Source: an uncultured Bacilli bacterium (lineage in GTDB: Bacteria > Bacillota_I > Bacilli_A > RF39 > UBA660). From it: a DNA stretch of 64,000 nt. A program made the translations under genes and the position numbers. Location of the stretch: the NCBI GenBank assembly GCA_934141575.1, contig CAKPCJ010000001.1:9455-73454 (forward strand), written 5' to 3'. A model generated the notes under the pieces. The model was not told the origin of the DNA and searched no databases. It was given only the letters and a program-made list of their open reading frames with translations. Below, one piece after another: positions 29,768 to 38,998 of the stretch. Within the stretch, counting starts at the first letter, position 1, and every line of letters begins with the position of its first letter.

Positions 29768-30378
29768 AATCTTATACCTATACTATAAAAATAAAAACAT
29801 AATAGTGCAGTAATTAAGACAACATAAATGCTAAGGCAAATATCTTTATAAAAAAACGATGGAATAAAATTTTTAAGTGCACAAAGTGCTATATAAACTA
29901 TGCATCCAAGTACACCGCCAAGAAGATTAAGTAAGATATCATCAATATCAAAAACCCTACCTATAGATAACTGAGTAAGTTCTATAGTAACAGACGCTAT
30001 CAAAGTTAAAACACAAACAAGTCCGACTCTTTTTGGTTTTAAATAATATGAGACAAAATATCCATATGGCATAAATATCACTATATTACCTATGACATTT
30101 TTAAAAAATAACTCACTACCAAATTTATACCTTAAAATTTCTCTAAACGGAGTATAATTACTAGTACCAGTAATAGAATAAACATCTTGATAAGTAACTA
30201 TATTATACAAGAATAAAAGGTATAATATAAATTCCAAAGATATTAACTCTCTATATAAAACTATTTTTTGATTATTCTTTATAAGCCACGCTAGTCTAAT
30301 ACTACATATAATAACTATCAATATTAAAACCGTAGGATAAAGTCTAGAAAAAGCTTTTATAATTGATTCCTTTATCAT
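29761..30378 (-). CDS. Membrane protein, VanZ-like (tentative)
   Basis: 205-aa polytopic ORF. Occupies the position where phoH/pgpH sit in Bacillus. Assignment by general resemblance only. Confidence 0.3.
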   Translation of the reverse strand: MIKESIIKAFSRLYPTVLILIVIICSIRLAWLIKNNQKIVLYRELISLEFILYLLFLYNIVTYQDVYSITGTSNYTPFREILRYKFGSELFFKNVIGNIVIFMPYGYFVSYYLKPKRVGLVCVLTLIASVTIELTQLSIGRVFDIDDILLNLLGGVLGCIVYIALCALKNFIPSFFYKDICLSIYVVLITALLCFYFYSIGIRLW

Positions 30379-31532
30379 ATATTTTCCTCCAATGGAGAAA
30401 TATTTTCTGAAGAAGTTATATCTTCATATACCTTAAAAAATATTTCCATATATATTGTACTATGTTTTTCGACATTTTTCAAAACTTTTTTACTGATAAT
30501 ATACTCTTCTTCATTTAACGTATCCTGTACTTTTTTTGTAGCGTATATAATTCCAGCATTTGTAGCGCTCTCTTTATTATAAATATTTTCAATCAAGTTA
30601 ACTTCTTTCTGTTTTTGAATCATAAAGCTTATAGGTAGTATTGAATTTTTATATAATATTAAATCCTTTGAATTATAATTTTTGAATTTTGAAAAGTTAA
30701 ATAAATTAAAATCATTATTAAAAACTCTCAAATTAAAAACAGTTTTAATATTTCCTGTATAATTTTCTTCACGATAATATAACGGAAAGTTTAGCTTAAC
30801 TGTATACCAAGTTTCAGCATATACCTTTGCATCCGCATGTACTACAGATTTAAGATTTTCATTCAAATATACATTACCAGACACAATAACCTCGCCACTT
30901 GAAACATAATCATCAACATTTTTTACAATAACACCAGATTTAGCATATATTTTCTTTATTATGCCAGATTTAGAAGCAATTATATTTTGAGGTGATTTAA
31001 TATCTCGTTCTTTATTTATAACACGTTCTTCTACTAAAACCTTATATGTTGTACCTACTCTCGTTATTTCAAGCCATTCAATGCTATCTTTATATTTATT
31101 AAGTATAAACTGCTTTATACTTGAAATCTCATCAAAAGTTTTTCTAAAACTACCCGGTTTTATTCCATTATAACTTAACTCAGTTAATATTTGCTTTTTT
31201 AGTTCACTATTATTATGATATATTTTAATATCAAATATAAAATTAGACATAGTTAATATAACTAATAAACTAAATATAAGAGAAAAAATTAATATTAAAT
31301 TTTTTTTAATATCCTTCTTTATCTTTTGTTTGCCCACATATTTAATTATTTGTATTTCGTACGTCCCCTTAATTTTATCAATTTTTTCTAAATTAGATGT
31401 AGAAACAGTAATATTAATTTCTTTATTTGAAATATGGGACAAATCAAAAATATTTATATTGTTTTTAATTATTCTTCTTAAAAAACGGTTTATATTATAA
31501 CCGCTTACCCTTAATACTACATTGCTTTTCAT
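30375..31532 (-). CDS. yqfD: Sporulation protein YqfD (stage IV sporulation)
   Basis: 385 aa with a single central TM. Conserved synteny yqfC-yqfD upstream of ybeY. Overlaps the downstream gene by 4 nt. Confidence 0.65.
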   Translation of the reverse strand: MKSNVVLRVSGYNINRFLRRIIKNNINIFDLSHISNKEINITVSTSNLEKIDKIKGTYEIQIIKYVGKQKIKKDIKKNLILIFSLIFSLLVILTMSNFIFDIKIYHNNSELKKQILTELSYNGIKPGSFRKTFDEISSIKQFILNKYKDSIEWLEITRVGTTYKVLVEERVINKERDIKSPQNIIASKSGIIKKIYAKSGVIVKNVDDYVSSGEVIVSGNVYLNENLKSVVHADAKVYAETWYTVKLNFPLYYREENYTGNIKTVFNLRVFNNDFNLFNFSKFKNYNSKDLILYKNSILPISFMIQKQKEVNLIENIYNKESATNAGIIYATKKVQDTLNEEEYIISKKVLKNVEKHSTIYMEIFFKVYEDITSSENISPLEENI

Positions 31533-31541
31533 AGCATCACC

Positions 31542-31790
31542 TTAGCCTAATTCTATAGATACAATAACACCTTCAATCAAAATTTCATGATCTAATAATT
31601 TTTTAGTTGTCAAGTTATTACCCTTTACAATTACTTTCTTATTATCATATGTAACAACTATTTTATTATCTTCAAAGCTTTTTATTTCATCATAATTTAT
31701 AATATGTAAATTTTTAGGGGTTAAAGTAATTTTAATCAAATTTTCATCTATCATCAAAAATTTCTTAACATTTGTTTTTATTGCTACCAC
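31542..31790 (-). CDS. yqfC: Sporulation protein YqfC
   Basis: 82 aa. YabP/YqfC-like small protein at the conserved position before yqfD. Confidence 0.6.
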   Translation of the reverse strand: MVAIKTNVKKFLMIDENLIKITLTPKNLHIINYDEIKSFEDNKIVVTYDNKKVIVKGNNLTTKKLLDHEILIEGVIVSIELG

Positions 31791-31827
31791 CCAATTAATT
31801 ATATTAAAAAAACTAGGATTTATGTTC

Positions 31828-32268
31828 CTAGTTATTTAACTTTGATTTTATTTTAGAATTAATAATAGACATATCAGTTCTTCCCTTAATCTTAGGCATT
31901 ATTTCAGCCATAATTTTTCCCATATCCTTTTGTGATGTAGGATTAATTTTTTCAAAAGCCTCATTAATTATTTTATCGATTTCTTCTTCAGATAATTGTT
32001 CTGGTAAATATTTTTGCAAAATACTAATTTCAGCATTAGCCTTATCAATAAGATCAGTTCTATTACCCTTTTGGAATTCTTCTATGCTACCCTTTAAATT
32101 TTTAATTTGTTTTGTTGCAACTGTAACTATATCTTCATCAGTTATTTCTTTTTTTGAGTTTATACTATTTAATTTTACCTCACCTTTAAGCATTCTCAAA
32201 GTAGTTAATAATTCTTTGTTACCAGCCTTCAATGCTTCTTTTATTTCATTATCTAATCTTTCTAACAT
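31828..32268 (-). CDS. yqeY: GatB/YqeY domain protein
   Basis: 146 aa. LKAGNKELLTTLRMLKGEVK and KDMGKIMAEIMPKIKGRTD match the YqeY family. Follows rpsU as in Bacillus. Confidence 0.8.
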   Translation of the reverse strand: MLERLDNEIKEALKAGNKELLTTLRMLKGEVKLNSINSKKEITDEDIVTVATKQIKNLKGSIEEFQKGNRTDLIDKANAEISILQKYLPEQLSEEEIDKIINEAFEKINPTSQKDMGKIMAEIMPKIKGRTDMSIINSKIKSKLNN

Positions 32269-32293
32269 AATTCCTCCTATATCAAAAAAGAGC

Positions 32294-32488
32294 TTAATAT
32301 TGCTCTCTTCTTCTGTTTCTTCTGCTATTTTTAATAGCCTCTTTTTTAGCGTTTCTTCTTCTTACTCCTGGTTTATCATAATGTTCTTTTTTTCTTAACT
32401 CTGAAGGGAGTCCACTTTTAGCGACTTTTTGAGTAAACTTTTTATAAGCTAAATCAAAATTTCCATCTTTAACTGGAACTGATATCAT
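32294..32488 (-). CDS. rpsU: 30S ribosomal protein S21
   Basis: MISVPVKDGNFDLAYKKFTQKVAKSGLPSELRKKEHYDKPGVRRRNAKKEA matches the S21 consensus. Strong RBS gggaggg 7 nt upstream of the internal ATG (the track ORF is extended upstream). Confidence 0.8.
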   Translation of the reverse strand: MISVPVKDGNFDLAYKKFTQKVAKSGLPSELRKKEHYDKPGVRRRNAKKEAIKNSRRNRRREQY

Positions 32489-32590
32489 CAATATCCCTCC
32501 CTTCTTTACTACAATAAAGATTATAACACGACATCTAACATAAAACAACAAATTTTGATATTTTTTTCAAAAAAATAGATAGGAATATTC

Positions 32591-33025
32591 CTATCTATTC
32601 AACATATTTAACAAGTTTATTTTAAACATATCTTTATCTTTATGAGTTTTAGATATCATCACACCTTTGTATGTATCAAGTTCTGACTTATGTCCTTCCT
32701 CCAACAATTCCTCAGGTGTTATTTTTTCAAATGTTAAAACATTCTCATCAGTTCTTACTGTATAATGAACAGTTATATCACCGTGAACTTTAGAAAACAA
32801 TGTATCAGTAGGTAATTTTAACTCGTATGATACTGTATGTTTCTTTTGGTTCTTAGAAACAATCTGACCTAAAAAATTGCCATCTCTTAATTGAGGATAA
32901 TACTCCAAAGTCAAAGTTCTAAAAGCCAACATATTATATTTTCTTATAGCGCGTTCTTCTTTTCTAAATTTAGCTTCATCTTCAAATTCAAATTTATAAC
33001 CATTTTTCATAATTTCAACCCCCAT
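32591..33025 (-). CDS. Hypothetical protein
   Basis: 144-aa ORF heading the rpsU-era-recO strand run. No motif recognised. Confidence 0.35.
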   Translation of the reverse strand: MGVEIMKNGYKFEFEDEAKFRKEERAIRKYNMLAFRTLTLEYYPQLRDGNFLGQIVSKNQKKHTVSYELKLPTDTLFSKVHGDITVHYTVRTDENVLTFEKITPEELLEEGHKSELDTYKGVMISKTHKDKDMFKINLLNMLNR

Positions 33026-33124
33026 AACTTAAACAACTATTGTATCCAATATTTTTAAGTTATCTTATAATAACATATTTTTTGCATTTTGTCAACTTTT
33101 ATTTAAAAAGAAAAAGAAGATTAA

Positions 33125-35317
33125 TTAATCTTCTTTAATTCTTGATTCATTTGTGAAAGTCCAACCTGAAAGTGTTTTTGATGTTGACCATTTTACTTCT
33201 GTCTTTTTATCAGTTTGAGTATATCCTGCTGGTAATTTTTCTACCCAATCAGTGTATACATAGCTTTCAGTTGTACCTACCTTTTCTTTTTTACCTGTTT
33301 TTGTCCATCCTTGTTTTGTTAAGTCTTCTGTTGACCATTCTTTTTTAGTAACTGTTTTATAAGCTACATCTTTTATAGTAACTGTCTTTTTATCAGTTTG
33401 AGTATATCCTGCTGGTAATTTTTCTACCCAATCAGTGTATACATATTGTCCAGCTGATATTAACTTAGATTTTCCTGTTTTTGTCCATCCTTGTTTTGTT
33501 AAGTCTTCTGTTGACCATTGTGTTACTATTTTTTGTTTAACAGTGGTTACTTCTTTTTTATCAATTTGAGTATATCCTGCTGGTAATTTTTCTACCCAAT
33601 CAGTATAATCCCATTGTCCAGCTGATATTAACTTAGATTTTCCTGTTTTTGTCCATCCTTGTTTTGTTAAGTCTTCTGTTGACCATTGTGTTACTATTTT
33701 TTGTTTAACAGTGGTTACTTCTTTTTTATCAATTTGAGTATATCCTGCTGGTAATTTTTCTACCCAATCAGTATAATCCCATTGTCCAGCTGATATTAAC
33801 TTAGATTTTCCTGTTTTTGTCCATCCTTGTTTTGTTAAATCTTCTGTTGACCATTGTGTTTTAGTTTCAGTAGTAACTACTGTTCTAGATACAGTTTTTG
33901 TATCATATAAAGTATATCCTGCTGGTAAAGTTTTTACCCAACCTGTATATTCATATGAAGAACCTGATACTTTGCTATTTCCAGTTGCAGTCCATCCACT
34001 ACCTGGATTAGTTTTAGCCCATTTAGTTTCTACTGAATCAGGAGATGTACTACAAATACTGTAACTATAAACTGTAATAGGAACTTGTTTATATTTTGGA
34101 GTTTTTGAACGAGATTGTACGCTACATGTATAAGTTATTGATGAACCAGGACATTTTTTAGAACCAGAGCCACATTTACCAGTTGTTACACTATAACCTC
34201 CGCCTGAAACTCTGCTAGTATCAGAACCTGATCCTGAACATGGTGATGATGAAGTATAAGTGCTAGTTGTAGTCCAAGGACCATAAGTATATCCGTCAAA
34301 AACCTGTGTATAAGTTGTTCTTGATTCTACACCAACAGCTCCACTTGGTACAGTAGATTGATTATAGTAAGCTTTACAAGTTTTAGTTCCTGATATTACC
34401 TTTTTGTATTCGTAAATATAATCTTGAACAAGTTTTCTACCTTTATAGTATGTATCATAAACAACTGTCTCTACTGAAACATTCTTCTGATATTCATAAC
34501 TGTAAACATCTTCGCTTAATTTTTTCTTACCTTTATAATATGTAGTTGTCACATTATAATTTTCTAATTTTTGATATTCATAACTGTAAACATCTTCGTT
34601 TAATTTTTTCTTACCTTTATAATATGTAGTCGTTACTACATAATTCTCTGGTTTTTGATATTCATAACTGTAAACATCTTCTGTTGCTTTTTTCTTACCT
34701 TTATAATAAGTTACTTGTTTGTTAATCTCATAAGCTTCTTTTTCTTGTTTTGTATATTCATATTTATATAAATCAACTGTTGATAATTTTCTACCTTTGA
34801 ATAATTCACGAACAAATTTATACTCTAAAGTTTCAACAACTTGTTCACATTTGCCATCAACGCATAAGTCATGACATCCTAAATACTCAACGATATAATC
34901 TGTTTTTTCATTACAACTCAAAGTAACTTTTAATTCATATTCATCATTTTCTAGCTTAGTTACTTGAACAAATGATTTTTGATTATCACAATATTCACCA
35001 TTTTTATCAGTGAATGGTAATAATAATTTCATATCTAACATTTCTTGCAATGTTAATTTTGAAACTTCACCAACTTCTTGAGGTAATCTTTGAACTGTAT
35101 AATAATCTTCAGCTACCTCTTTCATTTGGTTTATATTGTTATTAAATATTGCATCATAAAATGGTTTTGTATTTTGCCTTGGATATAACCATAATAATAA
35201 GAATATAAATAACGCTACAAATAATATTTTAAGAATTATACTCTTAAGTAATCCTCCATTAGTGCTTTCTGTATACATATTAAAACCCCCTTTTTTAATT
35301 GCTGTATATAGTATCAC
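33125..35317 (-). CDS. Large repeat-containing cell-surface protein (N-terminal signal anchor; Thr/Lys/Trp-rich 56-aa and about 29-aa tandem repeats)
   Basis: 730 aa. N-terminal TM (ILKILFVALFIFLLLWLY). The repeat TQWSTEDLTKQGWTKTGKSKLISAGQWDYTDWVEKLPAGYTQIDKKEVTTVKQKIV occurs about 4.5 times and YYKGKKKLxEDVYSYEYQK about 3.5 times. There is a Gly/Ser/Thr/Cys-rich central region and no LPXTG. Confidence 0.6.
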   Translation of the reverse strand: MILYTAIKKGGFNMYTESTNGGLLKSIILKILFVALFIFLLLWLYPRQNTKPFYDAIFNNNINQMKEVAEDYYTVQRLPQEVGEVSKLTLQEMLDMKLLLPFTDKNGEYCDNQKSFVQVTKLENDEYELKVTLSCNEKTDYIVEYLGCHDLCVDGKCEQVVETLEYKFVRELFKGRKLSTVDLYKYEYTKQEKEAYEINKQVTYYKGKKKATEDVYSYEYQKPENYVVTTTYYKGKKKLNEDVYSYEYQKLENYNVTTTYYKGKKKLSEDVYSYEYQKNVSVETVVYDTYYKGRKLVQDYIYEYKKVISGTKTCKAYYNQSTVPSGAVGVESRTTYTQVFDGYTYGPWTTTSTYTSSSPCSGSGSDTSRVSGGGYSVTTGKCGSGSKKCPGSSITYTCSVQSRSKTPKYKQVPITVYSYSICSTSPDSVETKWAKTNPGSGWTATGNSKVSGSSYEYTGWVKTLPAGYTLYDTKTVSRTVVTTETKTQWSTEDLTKQGWTKTGKSKLISAGQWDYTDWVEKLPAGYTQIDKKEVTTVKQKIVTQWSTEDLTKQGWTKTGKSKLISAGQWDYTDWVEKLPAGYTQIDKKEVTTVKQKIVTQWSTEDLTKQGWTKTGKSKLISAGQYVYTDWVEKLPAGYTQTDKKTVTIKDVAYKTVTKKEWSTEDLTKQGWTKTGKKEKVGTTESYVYTDWVEKLPAGYTQTDKKTEVKWSTSKTLSGWTFTNESRIKED
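33150..33900. repeat. Tandem 168-bp coding repeat, about 4.5 copies, two of them essentially identical (about 33451-33618 and 33619-33786)
   Basis: Direct visual alignment: the unit cagctgatattaacttagattttcctgtttttgtccatcc... recurs with period 168 bp and near-perfect identity in the middle copies. Confidence 0.85.
34400..34720. repeat. Tandem roughly 87-bp coding repeat, about 3.5 copies
   Basis: The unit tgatattcataactgtaaacatcttcg.ttaattttttcttacctttataatatgtagt... recurs with minor substitutions. Confidence 0.6.
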
Positions 35318-35397
35318 AACTATTATGATATGTCAATAATTTTTATGACATTTTTTTGTATACATTTTGTCTTTTTCTTTGATGTTAAGATATAATA

Positions 35398-35685
35398 TCA
35401 CATTTTGTGACATTTGTCAACATTTAATTTAACTAATGTAATTCCCAAATTAAAATAATCTTTCCTATAGTAAATTACATTTTTATTTTGCTTTAAAATA
35501 TATTCAGTTTTTTTTGATAATATACCTTTACCAATACCATGAATAATTATAATATACTCGTTTCCTAATTTTAAATTTTCCGAGATAAAATCATTTATAA
35601 AAACTTCAGCAATATCACTAGTCATCCCATGTAAATCTATTCTAGGATAAGTTTTATAAAAAATATTTTCTTTAAATTCATTCAT
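35398..35685 (-). CDS. Smr (small MutS-related) domain protein
   Basis: 95 aa with IDLHGMTSDIAEVFINDFI...IIIIHGIGKGILSKK matching the Smr-domain LDLHG / HGKG signatures. Confidence 0.55.
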   Translation of the reverse strand: MNEFKENIFYKTYPRIDLHGMTSDIAEVFINDFISENLKLGNEYIIIIHGIGKGILSKKTEYILKQNKNVIYYRKDYFNLGITLVKLNVDKCHKM

Positions 35686-35902
35686 AGTTATGTCTCACCA
35701 CTCTTCATACAGAAAATAATACCACATAAATAATTTAATATGTTATAAAATAATCCCACTGTAACTTATAAATAATATTTTAGCAAATTGCATTTATCTT
35801 TAATACACATATTTATTTTAACACAAAAAGAAAAATTTTTATCCTCCTAATTAATATGCAAAAATCAAGTTATCTATTTTCTTATTATATTATCAACAAT
35901 AA

Positions 35903-35933
35903 TAAAACAAAAAAACAAGATACTTCTATCTTA
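35903..35933 (-). terminator. Rho-independent terminator for the 36003..37781 gene
   Basis: aagatacttctatctt hairpin (35917-35932) with a T-run on the minus strand (complement of the A-run at 35905-35916). Confidence 0.5.
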
Positions 35934-36002
35934 GTTTTTAATGTATTGTTTATTTTCGATTTTTTTAATCCAAATATATTACATATATATTTATTGTTTT
36001 TA

Positions 36003-37781
36003 CTATTTATATTTTTCCTTCAATCTTTTTATTTCCTCTTTATATTCATCTTTTAATAGATAATCTGCAAATGAATAATCATCAACATAATGATTTTTTA
36101 TAGATTCTTTGCTTTTATCAAGCATAACAACACTTACCAAATTATTCAATTTTAATTCATCTATTTTTTTAATCAAACTTACTGCATTAATCCCTATCAT
36201 TTCATCATCAATTAAAAATATATTATATTCTTCTCCACTAATCAACTTATCGATAGCATCTTCAGCATACATTACGGATGAAACTTCAAAGTTATTTTTC
36301 TTTAGTTCACTTGATATATTAGATAACTCTTTATAATTATCATCTAACAATAAAATTTTTTTCTTATTGGAAATTTCTTTAGCTAATTTAAAAGCAGAAT
36401 TCTTGCTATCATTTTTTTCAATTAACTGATTTAATATTACTGTAAAAGTAGTCCCATATTCATCATTTTTTATTAAAAATGTTCCATTTAATAAATCAAG
36501 CATTTTTTTTATCATATAATAATCAATATAAATATTTTCTAAATCTGCTAATTTTTCATCATCCATCTCTACATTACTACTTAATATTTTATTAATTTCA
36601 TCTAATGACATATTTAGTTTAGAATTAGTTAATGTTATTATTAATCTACATACATCATTTTTTATTATATACGATATATCTAAATCTACTGTATTATTTT
36701 CTTTACTATTGTTAGTTATTAATGAACATAATATTTGTTTCAACTTTGAAGAATCTCCGTTTAATTTAGGAGGAATAGTATTACTTATACTATAATTAAA
36801 AATTACTGATTTATCCAATTTGCTTTTTACTATATATATTATTTGGCTAAACAAATTATATATATCATACGATGTTTCATATACTTTTATATTCTTTTTA
36901 TCTATTTGAGAAATACTCAAAACATCATCAATATTAGATATCAAATAACTTGATATTTGTGATATTTTAGAAATATTATCTTTTGCATCTTCTAATTTTT
37001 CCGATTGCAAGGCATTTTCGCTATATAACCTAATTTTCTTAACAGGAGTCCTGACATCCTCTGTGATTTTAAAAAGAATATTAGATTTTTCCTCTAAACT
37101 GGTTTCTACTAACTCTTTATTTTTATTATATTCTTCAAGTATTTTTAAATCAGGATTTTCTATTGTAAAAAACATAATAAGTTCAATATATACAATGATG
37201 CTTGGAATAACTATAAGATTGGGAATATTTTTTTGAGTAATAGCAGCTATAATACCAAGACATATCAACGCAAACATAGGGACGGCTTTTTTAGTATAAC
37301 CTTTTAAAGTTATTCTTACTGATTCAATTAGACTCAATAATATATATACCGCACATATTGAATAAACAAAGTTTACACATAATCCAATAGCGTAACCCTC
37401 AGTAGAAGAAGCAACAACTTTGAATGGTAAAAAAACAGTCAATATAGTAAATAATATGTTTATACAGAATACTATTTTTTTTACTCGTGATAGCTTTTTT
37501 TTATTTCTCAAATCAATAGATATAAAATATAGAAACAAAAGTGACGCCCACCAATAATACAATGGTAAATCTAAGTGATTTAAAAACTTTAAAACAGGCA
37601 TATTTCCAGAATTATATCCAATGTATATCCCTATTATATTAAAAACTATATTAAAATTACTGATAAGCATCAAATATTTATAAATACCCGTTTCAGAACT
37701 TTCAACTCTTCTCTTGCTGTAAAAAACTGATTGAAGTAATACAAGTAAAAATAATGAGAAAATTGGTAAAATCAAGTTCAT
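36003..37781 (-). CDS. Membrane-bound hybrid sensor-kinase-like protein with degenerate H-box (His replaced by Glu) and degenerate ATP-lid, plus C-terminal receiver-like domain
   Basis: The N-terminal third has about 6-7 TM helices. The DHp-like segment KITEDVRTPVKKI aligns to the canonical SHELRTPL with H to E. An N-box-like LKQILCSLITNNSKENN is present, but the G1 box reads ITLTNSKLN (no DxGxG). The C-terminal ILLLDDN...IFLIDDEM...VVMLDKS resembles a receiver domain. Confidence 0.55.
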   Translation of the reverse strand: MNLILPIFSLFLLVLLQSVFYSKRRVESSETGIYKYLMLISNFNIVFNIIGIYIGYNSGNMPVLKFLNHLDLPLYYWWASLLFLYFISIDLRNKKKLSRVKKIVFCINILFTILTVFLPFKVVASSTEGYAIGLCVNFVYSICAVYILLSLIESVRITLKGYTKKAVPMFALICLGIIAAITQKNIPNLIVIPSIIVYIELIMFFTIENPDLKILEEYNKNKELVETSLEEKSNILFKITEDVRTPVKKIRLYSENALQSEKLEDAKDNISKISQISSYLISNIDDVLSISQIDKKNIKVYETSYDIYNLFSQIIYIVKSKLDKSVIFNYSISNTIPPKLNGDSSKLKQILCSLITNNSKENNTVDLDISYIIKNDVCRLIITLTNSKLNMSLDEINKILSSNVEMDDEKLADLENIYIDYYMIKKMLDLLNGTFLIKNDEYGTTFTVILNQLIEKNDSKNSAFKLAKEISNKKKILLLDDNYKELSNISSELKKNNFEVSSVMYAEDAIDKLISGEEYNIFLIDDEMIGINAVSLIKKIDELKLNNLVSVVMLDKSKESIKNHYVDDYSFADYLLKDEYKEEIKRLKEKYK

Positions 37782-37792
37782 ATATATCCACC

Positions 37793-38806
37793 CTATCTTT
37801 TTATTTTTTTCGTTAATACCAGTTCATTATATCCATAGCCAAAACTATCCTTAGGTGTTTCTTCACCAAATGTAATTCCTTGATAGCCATTACTTTCTGA
37901 GGAAACTCTTTGTACAATTGTATTTCCACTGCAATCTATGTAAATTTTTGAATTAAACTCTTGAAAATATTGATGGGATTCATTTTTTGGAAGAAAAATA
38001 AACTGTGATTCAAATTCTCTTACCCCGCTCATGTCATCTTTAGCCCTTTTGTATGCAGAATATCTTGATTTTATATCATCATCCCAGTTTTTTTCTTTTA
38101 AAGAGCTTCTTTTTTCATAATAGTATGGTTTACCATCTACTATATCGCAAAAAACATTAGGATTTTTTTCACTATATTGCCATGCATAGTGTTTTGTCAT
38201 TAATTCATAATACATTGTTGCCATCATACTTCTTAGTTCTTCAATAGATTCAATTAAATTCTCTGTAGGTTTAAAAGGGCTCCCTATTTTTGTGTACCTT
38301 CTTTTATTTGAAAAATATGTAACAACAGGTATAATAGGTTTTCCAGATTCTAATGATATTCTAATGCAACCATGATTCATTGGCATCATTAATTGATTAG
38401 GAGATAAATTCCAAGTAGCTTCCGGATACATTGCAAAATTTTTGCCACTTTTAAGTATTTCTATAATATTTGAATATGCCTGTTCTCTACTAATTTTATC
38501 CGTTCTTTTTACCCATTGAACCCCATTTAATTCTAATCCTAAACCATCAATTGTTCCTTGATCCTCATCACTAACAAGTAAATAAAAATGTTTTTTCACT
38601 GCTTGCGCTAACGTAGGAATATCTTCAATGCAATAATGATTAGCTACAATCAAATAATTATTATCAGATGGAATTTCACCTTCAACTACCAACCTACCAG
38701 TAGTTTTTTGCGTCATCATTCCTATCAGTAATGGATGAATGATTACTTTAAACTTTTCATATTTTAACGCTTTTATTTCTTGTTTCATATACTTACTCAC
38801 CTTCAA
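37793..38806 (-). CDS. Lysophospholipid acyltransferase-family protein (PlsC-like, HX4D)
   Basis: LIVANHYCIEDIP (H-x4-D acyltransferase motif I) and MYPEATW (FPEGTR-like motif III). 337 aa. Ends 11 nt before the pseudo-kinase gene on the same strand. Confidence 0.55.
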   Translation of the reverse strand: MKVSKYMKQEIKALKYEKFKVIIHPLLIGMMTQKTTGRLVVEGEIPSDNNYLIVANHYCIEDIPTLAQAVKKHFYLLVSDEDQGTIDGLGLELNGVQWVKRTDKISREQAYSNIIEILKSGKNFAMYPEATWNLSPNQLMMPMNHGCIRISLESGKPIIPVVTYFSNKRRYTKIGSPFKPTENLIESIEELRSMMATMYYELMTKHYAWQYSEKNPNVFCDIVDGKPYYYEKRSSLKEKNWDDDIKSRYSAYKRAKDDMSGVREFESQFIFLPKNESHQYFQEFNSKIYIDCSGNTIVQRVSSESNGYQGITFGEETPKDSFGYGYNELVLTKKIKR

Positions 38807-38998
38807 TTTTCCAAATTATAACACAAAAAAACTAAGACATCAATATCTTAGTTAATTTAATTATATCAACTATTACTAATTTTTATATAGTAGCTTGTGC
38901 CTCATCCGAGTCTGGAAAACAAAACTCTACTTTTACTAAACTTCTTATTTAAACTCATTATACCATATATTTGTGTTCATAAAAATTTTTCCAATCAC

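Noticed and set aside
33150-34720. Tandem direct repeats considered as a possible CRISPR array
   Set aside because: The repeats are 168 bp and 87 bp, contiguous without unique spacers, and in-frame within a long coding sequence, so they encode protein repeats. No cas genes are present in the window.
35856-36056. 66-aa plus-strand ORF in the Smr / pseudo-kinase intergenic region
   Set aside because: Extremely low-complexity (Phe/Leu/Ile). It overlaps the minus-strand terminator hairpin and the 3' end of the 592-aa gene, and has no RBS.
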